15,227 nucleotides of DNA from Promethearchaeati archaeon (GTDB lineage: Archaea > Asgardarchaeota > Heimdallarchaeia > JABLTI01), in assembly GCA_013166835.1 (NCBI GenBank), contig JABLTI010000068.1:1-15227 (forward strand), given 5' to 3'. Made by a program: the position numbers and the translations under genes. Shown piece by piece: positions 7,304-13,703 of the stretch (the stretch's first letter is position 1; each line of letters begins with the position of its first letter). Under the pieces are notes generated by a model, which saw only the letters and a program-made list of their open reading frames with translations, did not search any database and was not told where the DNA came from.

Positions 7304-8494
7304 TTACCAATCATATGGTGTAGTTAATCCTGAACCTGTGATAAATAACACAACTTTGTCTTTTTGATCAATGAAGTTTGATTCTCTTAGTTTTTCAGCT
7401 GCTGCAACTGTTGCTGCTGCTTCTGGAGCAACCATTGTACCTTCTGTTTTTGCCATTTTATACATAGCATCTCTTATTTCGGAATCTTCAACCGCTATTG
7501 CACTACCTTTTGATTCTCTCAAAGTATTCAAAATAAGATAATCAGCAATTGCTCCGGGAACTCGTATTCCGGCTGCAAAAGAATGGGCATCTTTCCATGG
7601 TTCCGCGAATTTATCTCCTTGATGAAATGCTCGAACTATTGGTTGACAACCACTTGGTTGTACAGTTACCATTTTTGGTCTTTTGCTATCAATTAGACCC
7701 ATTTGTTCCATTTCATCAAAAGCTTTCCACATACCAACTATTCCAGTTCCTCCTCCCGTTGGATAAATAATCATATCTGGAAGAGTCCAACTAAACTGTT
7801 CTGCAAGTTCTAATCCCATTGTCTTCTTTCCTTCAATACGATATGGTTCTTTAAGAGTAGACATATTGAACCATCCATATTTCTCACCTTCTATTTTTGC
7901 TTTAGCTCCTGCATCACTAATTAATCCGTCAACTAACTCTATCTCCGCTCCCATAACCTCGATTTCTTTTATGATAAATTTTGGAGCATCTTTCGGAAGA
8001 AAGATATGAGCTTTTCCACCTATGTGGGCAGTATAAGCTGTTAATGCAGCCCCGGCATTTCCAGCAGTAGGCATAACAAATTCTGTTAATCCAAATTCAA
8101 AAGCCTTAGCAACTGCTGCACCAAGTCCTCTAGCTTTAAAAGATCCTGTTGGGTTCAATCCTTCATCTTTAATATATAAATTATCTATAGACAATTGCTT
8201 TCCATAATTTTGTAATTGAATGATAGGAGTCCATCCTTCTCCTAAGGAAATTCTAAATTTCTCTTCTTTTACAGGCATGATTTCATGCCAGCGCCAAATA
8301 TTATATACCGATCGAGCTTGAATTGATTTTCTAGTAATAGTTTCTTTTGCTGTCTCGAGGTCATATTTAGCATATAGAACTTTACCACATTTTTTACAAA
8401 CAGTATGGATATCGTTAGACGAATATTCTTCCGCACAATATGTACAATACAGATTGGTAATTAGAGAATTAGGATTTTCTTTAATTGTTATCAC
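7304..8494 (-). CDS. thrC: Threonine synthase (fold-type II PLP enzyme with N-terminal zinc ribbon)
   Basis: CTYC...CKKC, SLGEGWTP, KDEGLNPTGSFKARG (PLP lysine), PTAGNAG, PYRIEGKKTMGLE, YPTGGGTG, LFITGSG. Exact substrate could differ within the ThrC-like family; start codon uncertain. Confidence 0.9.
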   Translation of the reverse strand: MITIKENPNSLITNLYCTYCAEEYSSNDIHTVCKKCGKVLYAKYDLETAKETITRKSIQARSVYNIWRWHEIMPVKEEKFRISLGEGWTPIIQLQNYGKQLSIDNLYIKDEGLNPTGSFKARGLGAAVAKAFEFGLTEFVMPTAGNAGAALTAYTAHIGGKAHIFLPKDAPKFIIKEIEVMGAEIELVDGLISDAGAKAKIEGEKYGWFNMSTLKEPYRIEGKKTMGLELAEQFSWTLPDMIIYPTGGGTGIVGMWKAFDEMEQMGLIDSKRPKMVTVQPSGCQPIVRAFHQGDKFAEPWKDAHSFAAGIRVPGAIADYLILNTLRESKGSAIAVEDSEIRDAMYKMAKTEGTMVAPEAAATVAAAEKLRESNFIDQKDKVVLFITGSGLTTPYDW

Positions 8495-8539
8495 CAGGAT
8501 TTTTTGCTATTGGAATTGTGTTCTGGTTATTTATAACAA

Positions 8540-8908
8540 TTACTTTTTCTTTTGCTTTGGAACCTTTGGAGGTAATGAAGAAACAAAGCTTACTGCTTTT
8601 TCTAACCATTTTTCCAGAGTTGGAATGTCTCTATAGATTTCTTCATCTAAAACAATATACTCTCTCATTTTCCTTCCTTCAAGAGGGTCGAAATGATTAA
8701 CACTTGGAAATTCTTTCTTAATCTTCTCCCTATCCTCTTCTGACAATCGAAGAAAGATAACGTCTTCATGGACACCCGTAAGCATGTTATTATTTACAAA
8801 ATAAGTCAGGCTACCAAACATCTTTCTACTGGAACAATTGTAGGGTTCCAATAGTGTAGCTAGAAGATCCAATAAATCCTCATTTGGTTTTCGCCATTTA
8901 CCGGTCAA
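8540..8908 (-). CDS. TfoX/Sxy N-terminal domain family protein
   Basis: RKMFGSLTYFVNNNMLTGV...IFLRL...FDPLEGRKMREYIVL...W...FVSSLPPK pattern; SD GAGGGAG before TTG. Confidence 0.88.
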   Translation of the reverse strand: MTGKWRKPNEDLLDLLATLLEPYNCSSRKMFGSLTYFVNNNMLTGVHEDVIFLRLSEEDREKIKKEFPSVNHFDPLEGRKMREYIVLDEEIYRDIPTLEKWLEKAVSFVSSLPPKVPKQKKK

Positions 8909-8926
8909 GGCACTCCCTCAGCTTAT

Positions 8927-10132
8927 TTAGAAACCTTCAGTGAGTATTGGAGGTAGTATTGGGAACCATGCATCAAGAAGTGCTTTTTCATCTTTGGTTG
9001 CATTTTTTATCCAATCAAAGGATTCTAAGTCATCTAATCTTAAAAGACCATATATTAAAGAAGCTAATCCTTCTTGAGTCATCTCAAGTTTGCTGGGTTT
9101 TTCTCCTAGCTCTTCAACACTTAGTTTTCCATTTTGAGATGTTATTGAATAAGTTTGATTGTTTTGGAGACAATGGTCGTCTGATATTTTAACAGTGATT
9201 TTCCCTTCTGTTGCTACTGGCATATCCTCAAGAGTCAGTTTCACATTAATGATTCTCGTCATCCAGATATTTTCTGCTTTAATTTCAGTCATATAATGTC
9301 CATACAACCAAGGATAAAGTTCTGATTCGTAAGGAACTACTGGCATTGTTACCTCAACAACTTGATCCGCATATAGGTATAAGTAATGGTAAAGTGATTG
9401 ACGAGCTTGGGGTGTTAAGAATTTAATATCATTTATACTTATTTTCCCGGATTCAGACCAAGAAAATCCTTCCATAAAACCTTTGGTTGTGTATCTCATT
9501 ATACCTTCTGCTTTTCCTTTTGAATTAAACGCTACAACAAACCATCCAGGCCATTTCTCTTCCCACAATTTCCATCTCTTTTCATTTCTAACTATTCCTC
9601 CATGCACATTCTTGATTCTTGTATTGTAAATCTCTTTGTAGTGTTTGAAACCATCGCTTGGGTTCAATCTTTCTACTGTATAACCTTCAGGCAATTTTTT
9701 CCAGCGAACCATAAATTTAGGATTAAATTTAATGAATACATGAGGATTTGCATTTACATAACCATATGCTGCATAGAATGAATCTTTAAATGGATACAAG
9801 TTTGAAACAGCGAAATTTTCCTTTTCCATTTTATCAATAAGGAAATTCATAATTTCGCGAATATACCCTCTCCTTCTATACAATGGGTCAGTAACCACCA
9901 TTGCTATTCCCCCCATTTTCATTATTTTTCCTCTAACATTTTGATCAAAGGTTATCAATCTTATATTAGCAGCTATTATCCCATCAACTTCTATACAATA
10001 ATTCTCATCATATTGATATTCGAATCGCTCTTTGAATCGTTCAGCAAAAGCCTCTGGAGCAAACCCATAACTGAGAGCGTTTAATTCATTTATTCTTTCA
10101 TAATCTTCTGGTTTTGTTTGACGTATTTTCAT
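8927..10132 (-). CDS. Eis-like GNAT N-acetyltransferase (tandem GNAT + SCP2-like C-terminus)
   Basis: MGGIAMVVTDPLYRRRGY acetyl-CoA motif, LYPFKDSFYAAYGY, MTRIINV, ISDDHCLQNN, C-terminal Phe. Start moved to ATG 10132 (MKIRQ) to remove the overlap with the KH gene; 401 aa. Confidence 0.9.
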   Translation of the reverse strand: MKIRQTKPEDYERINELNALSYGFAPEAFAERFKERFEYQYDENYCIEVDGIIAANIRLITFDQNVRGKIMKMGGIAMVVTDPLYRRRGYIREIMNFLIDKMEKENFAVSNLYPFKDSFYAAYGYVNANPHVFIKFNPKFMVRWKKLPEGYTVERLNPSDGFKHYKEIYNTRIKNVHGGIVRNEKRWKLWEEKWPGWFVVAFNSKGKAEGIMRYTTKGFMEGFSWSESGKISINDIKFLTPQARQSLYHYLYLYADQVVEVTMPVVPYESELYPWLYGHYMTEIKAENIWMTRIINVKLTLEDMPVATEGKITVKISDDHCLQNNQTYSITSQNGKLSVEELGEKPSKLEMTQEGLASLIYGLLRLDDLESFDWIKNATKDEKALLDAWFPILPPILTEGF

Positions 10133-10151
10133 TAAAATCACGCCCTTCCTG

Positions 10152-10757
10152 TTATTTGGATTTCGCATCTCTTGAAGCTTTATCCCATAATTCTCTAGCA
10201 CTCAATCTGAACATCTGTGCTCTATCTTCTAGAAATGCATAAACAGAACCATGCTTGGATCCTTGGAGGAGCATATGGATAGCGTCTCGAGCGACTTTTA
10301 GTCGTTCATATGGACCAATTATCCCTATAGTATTTCCAAATACAGAAATTCTAGTTCCAGTTGTTTCTTCTATTATCTTTCTGGTTCTCCCTTCCTTTCC
10401 GATAATTCTTCCTCGAAATCGAAGTAATTTATTTGGATTTGTTCCAACAACTAATTTCATATTAATAATTTCTAGATACATCTCTTCATCTAGGAGTGCA
10501 AATGCTACTTGAGGATTGAAACCTCTTCCAACTGCGTGTACAATATCTCTTGCTTTTATCACTAAGAAAGGATCAGTCATTTTCGGTTTAGAAGCGATTA
10601 TCACTTCACCTGAACCACTATGAATATCTATCTCTACTCCAGCTAAATCTTCTAATCGTTTCTTAACTCTGCCAGATGGTCCTATAAGTGCTCCTATTCT
10701 ATTCTGGGGTATCGTGACAACAAATTTTGATACTTCTTCTACTGGTTGAAAATCCAC
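10152..10757 (-). CDS. dim2: KH-domain pre-rRNA processing protein (archaeal Dim2/Pno1)
   Basis: IPQNRIGALIGPSG, AVGRGFNP, RGRIIGKEGRTRKIIE, GSKHGSVY; SD GGAGG; canonical position after rio1. Confidence 0.95.
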   Translation of the reverse strand: MDFQPVEEVSKFVVTIPQNRIGALIGPSGRVKKRLEDLAGVEIDIHSGSGEVIIASKPKMTDPFLVIKARDIVHAVGRGFNPQVAFALLDEEMYLEIINMKLVVGTNPNKLLRFRGRIIGKEGRTRKIIEETTGTRISVFGNTIGIIGPYERLKVARDAIHMLLQGSKHGSVYAFLEDRAQMFRLSARELWDKASRDAKSK

Positions 10758-10825
10758 TTAATTTTCCTCCTATTACTTTTTTTCATACTTTCTCTCTTTA
10801 ATGATTTTGCATTGATATTATTTTA

Positions 10826-11707
10826 TTAAAATTCAAACGCTTTTACCTTATCAGTAAGCGGTTCTCCAGTCAGTTTTTCAAATAAATCTTCAGCCTCAAT
10901 CACATCCACTTTTTGAGCTTTGAAATATCTTGTGATATTTTTTATGTCTCGATAGAGAAATATCTCTACGTAGGAGTGATCAAGTAGGACTGCTTGTGAT
11001 ATATCAATGAAGTAGACTTTTGGAGTATATATCATATTATATTCTGATAGATCTGCATGAACTAATCCTGCACCATGGTAAAGTAACTCTAGATTATCTA
11101 GTACTTCCATATATGTTTTCCTGGGTTTCTTTAGTTTCACATCTTTCATAAGAGGGTAAGGTAATTCTTTTTTACCAATGAACTCCATAACGACAACGTC
11201 TTTTACACAAGTAATTGGTTTTGGAATGGATACTTTTGCTTTATATGCTCGAGATAGGTTTTTGAATTCCTTTTTTGCCCAAGCATAAACAAATGACCTT
11301 TGATCTCTCTTGATTCTTGCAAATCGTGGGTCACCTATAATATAGATCTGTAATCCTTTGAAGATATTAGTAGAAGTTCTATAGATCTTGATAGCTAATT
11401 CTGAACCATCAGGTGCGTATCCATGGTAAACATTAGCTTCTTTTCCAGTTGAAATAACACCCGTCATATAATCAATTATTTTCCTTTTTCGCAAATTGAA
11501 TAGAGTTGTTTTGGTTTCAACGTCAAGAACAGATTCAGCTACCTTTAATGCGTCACTGTCCTTTACTTTGATGTTCTTCTCATCAATTTTATCTATCTGT
11601 AATTGATCTGCATCCTTTAGCTCTCTTGTAATCCTAATATCCTCTTCTACTTCTAGTAATTCTTCTTCTGCTTTTTGTTTTTTTGATCGTTTTTTCTTCT
11701 TGGGCAT
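10826..11707 (-). CDS. rio1: RIO1 serine/threonine protein kinase
   Basis: ISTGKEANVY, AIKIYRTS, YIIGDPRF, WAKKEFKNL, VMEFIG, LVHADLSEYN, IDISQ; SD GGAGGTGA. Confidence 0.96.
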   Translation of the reverse strand: MPKKKKRSKKQKAEEELLEVEEDIRITRELKDADQLQIDKIDEKNIKVKDSDALKVAESVLDVETKTTLFNLRKRKIIDYMTGVISTGKEANVYHGYAPDGSELAIKIYRTSTNIFKGLQIYIIGDPRFARIKRDQRSFVYAWAKKEFKNLSRAYKAKVSIPKPITCVKDVVVMEFIGKKELPYPLMKDVKLKKPRKTYMEVLDNLELLYHGAGLVHADLSEYNMIYTPKVYFIDISQAVLLDHSYVEIFLYRDIKNITRYFKAQKVDVIEAEDLFEKLTGEPLTDKVKAFEF

Positions 11708-11853
11708 TATTTCTCACCTCCCAATAGATTCTTCTTCCTATTAAAACATTAACACATTTTAATCTAAATCTGCTGTAATCTCAGATTCATTTGAAGAACC
11801 ATATCGAGTTATAGAAAATGTTAGTTTGAAAGGTAAAACAGTAAAGAAGTCAT

Positions 11854-12255
11854 TTAATCTAATTTAATATAACCTTTCTTTTCTAACCAATCAGCTTGAT
11901 TTCTATTATAGCGATATACTAAATATGCACGAGTATTCACTTGGGTCTCAAAATCATACCAAGGCATAACACTTACGATATCATTTTGTCTAGTCCAAAG
12001 TCTTTTCCTGAATTTCCCAGGAATTATTACAATTCTTGTATGACCATCTGTACACCGAACTTGAAGTCGATCTGCTCCAAGGATCTGTGTGACAACACCA
12101 AGAACTTCACCTTCCTTAGGTAATCTGACTCTGATAGTTTCAGGTTGCCCTGTTGCTCCAGTGATTTTTATAGAAACGGATGGGTCTCTATCGTAACTCC
12201 TGCGTCTCTTTTGACCTTTTTTTGGTTTTCCTTTTTTCTGGCTTAAATTTTTCAC
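11854..12255 (-). CDS. eif1a: Translation initiation factor aIF-1A, with long basic N-terminal extension
   Basis: RVRLPKEGEVLGVVTQILGADRLQVRCTDG...IPGKFRKRLW...DIV...PW...YRY...ADWLEKKGYI OB-fold signature; upstream of rio1. Confidence 0.96.
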   Translation of the reverse strand: MKNLSQKKGKPKKGQKRRRSYDRDPSVSIKITGATGQPETIRVRLPKEGEVLGVVTQILGADRLQVRCTDGHTRIVIIPGKFRKRLWTRQNDIVSVMPWYDFETQVNTRAYLVYRYNRNQADWLEKKGYIKLD

Positions 12256-12296
12256 ATTCCTTTAAATTATGATACTAAAAGGTAGTTTGGGTCTCT

Positions 12297-12314
12297 AACT
12301 AAAAAGTCTTTGGA
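12297..12314 (-). promoter_or_regulatory. Putative BRE/TATA promoter of the aIF-1A-rio1-KH operon
   Basis: Minus strand CCAAAGACTTTTTAG about 45 nt upstream of GTG 12255; same core as the GGR promoter. Confidence 0.5.
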
Positions 12315-12526
12315 TTAAAAGGTGCGTTTTTGCTGTTTTTTTCAATTTTCAACACTTTTCTCTCATAATTTGATATAAATTGAATGTTTTTGATCACTTA
12401 TTGGTCAATAGAAATCAATAAGATAGGTAGAAACTTTTATGAGAAAAAATTATATTATAGATTAATCATTAACACAATGACAAGTGGCTGTTAATAATAA
12501 GTAATAGGCAGAATGAGGGTTTTTGA

Positions 12527-13570
12527 GTGAATTCAAGGAGAAATGTGATTATACAGAATAATTCTTCTGATGAAAATATCTATCTTAGTAAGGTGCTTTT
12601 GTTCACTCAAGATGCTATTGGTTTAGCAGAAAACCTCAAAGCTTTTTCAGAATCCACAGTTAATACAAATTGTTTGAATACTATAGGTATGTATCCTCTA
12701 ATTTTTCGATTAGAAACTCCTCTTGGTAAATTGTGTATGTCTATTTGGATCATTAATGATAGTCCTCGTTTCAATCAATTCAGAATGGCTTATTACTCGG
12801 GTTCATCACATTCGGTAATTCTATTTAGCGATCAAGAAGAAAATGAAAATATCTCCAATTTATATTCTATAACACCTCAAGGTGTTCCAACAACAATTCT
12901 TAAAGTTGGAAATAACATTGAAAATTCCGAAAATACTCTCCCGAATTCTATCCCTGATGAAGAACATCGAAGTCCAATATACTTCAAAACAATTAGTGAA
13001 ATACAAACGATTTCAACAGTTTTTAATGAGATAGGAATGAAAATCGCTCAGGATATTCTTTCTGGTGAATATCAGACTTTCTCACCTCAATTAATTAAAC
13101 CTTCAAATGTCTTCAAACTTTATAACAAGAAATCGTTTGATAAAGCTCAAAGTTTAGTAAAACGATTAGGTTATGATCTTCAAGAAAATGGCATAGTTAC
13201 GATTATAAAAGATGGATTCACTTTTGATATTGATTTCTATCGAAATCAAGTGAAAGCATTCATAACCTCTTGTCTTGATTGTGAAAAAGGATGCAAACAC
13301 TATCGAAAATTGTGTGTTATTGAAGAAGATCAAGGTTTTTCTAATTTCATTCATTTTGATAATTTACGTGCTCTAGCTATACTCTATTCTATTCATGATG
13401 GTAATTTTGTGAACTTAATTGGTGCACGAAAACATGAGGACATCGATTATCAATTAAAGAAACTGAGGAGCTTATACGAAGTAAATTGTGATTATCATAA
13501 GGATGAACAATCCTTTTTGGAACTAGAATCTCAGAACTCGAAAAAAGCTAAACGTCTTCGAAAGAAATAA
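12527..13570 (+). CDS. Rab-like small GTPase-fold protein with degenerate G motifs (pseudo-GTPase) fused to a Cys/His-rich C-terminal domain
   Basis: Residues 22-101 align without gaps, by eye, to the Rab1-type consensus (KVLL..G / TIG / IW....RF....YYxG). G1, G3 and G4 are degenerate. C-terminal CLDCEKGCKH..C..C..H and a KKAKRLRKK tail. Alternative start GTG 12545 after AGGAG. Confidence 0.8.
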   Translation: MNSRRNVIIQNNSSDENIYLSKVLLFTQDAIGLAENLKAFSESTVNTNCLNTIGMYPLIFRLETPLGKLCMSIWIINDSPRFNQFRMAYYSGSSHSVILFSDQEENENISNLYSITPQGVPTTILKVGNNIENSENTLPNSIPDEEHRSPIYFKTISEIQTISTVFNEIGMKIAQDILSGEYQTFSPQLIKPSNVFKLYNKKSFDKAQSLVKRLGYDLQENGIVTIIKDGFTFDIDFYRNQVKAFITSCLDCEKGCKHYRKLCVIEEDQGFSNFIHFDNLRALAILYSIHDGNFVNLIGARKHEDIDYQLKKLRSLYEVNCDYHKDEQSFLELESQNSKKAKRLRKK

Positions 13571-13580
13571 GAGACGAATA

Positions 13581-13587
13581 TTTTTTT
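13581..13587 (+). terminator. Oligo-T tract, possible archaeal terminator
   Basis: T7 run 10 nt after the stop at 13570. Confidence 0.35.
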
Positions 13588-13703
13588 AACTAATTCTAAT
13601 TGCTCATTAACAAAGAATCATATATTTAAAGGAAAATCTGTATTTTGTTATTACTAATAGGTACAAAATCGCAAAATATCAAGTAGTTGTTTTGGTGTTA
13701 TTG

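Noticed and set aside
10133-10201. N-terminal 23 codons of the Eis ORF as given in the track
   Set aside because: Overlaps the KH gene; ATG 10132 (MKIRQ) is a typical Eis start with a purine-rich SD-like sequence.
11708-11853. Possible ncRNA or leader in the aIF1A-rio1 spacer (short AATCTG/CAGATT repeat, 10-codon ORF)
   Set aside because: Only a 6-bp AT-rich stem; no tRNA, C/D-box pair or other structure that I can support.
842-13354. Remaining short track ORFs (842-1027, 1346-1552, 1610-1792, 2833-3144, 2859-3110, 4029-4214, 4100-4345, 4636-4878, 5951-6169, 7549-7770, 8454-8636, 8485-8700, 8947-9192, 10255-10512, 11941-12123, 13166-13354)
   Set aside because: All lie within or antisense to well-supported genes and carry no recognisable motifs.
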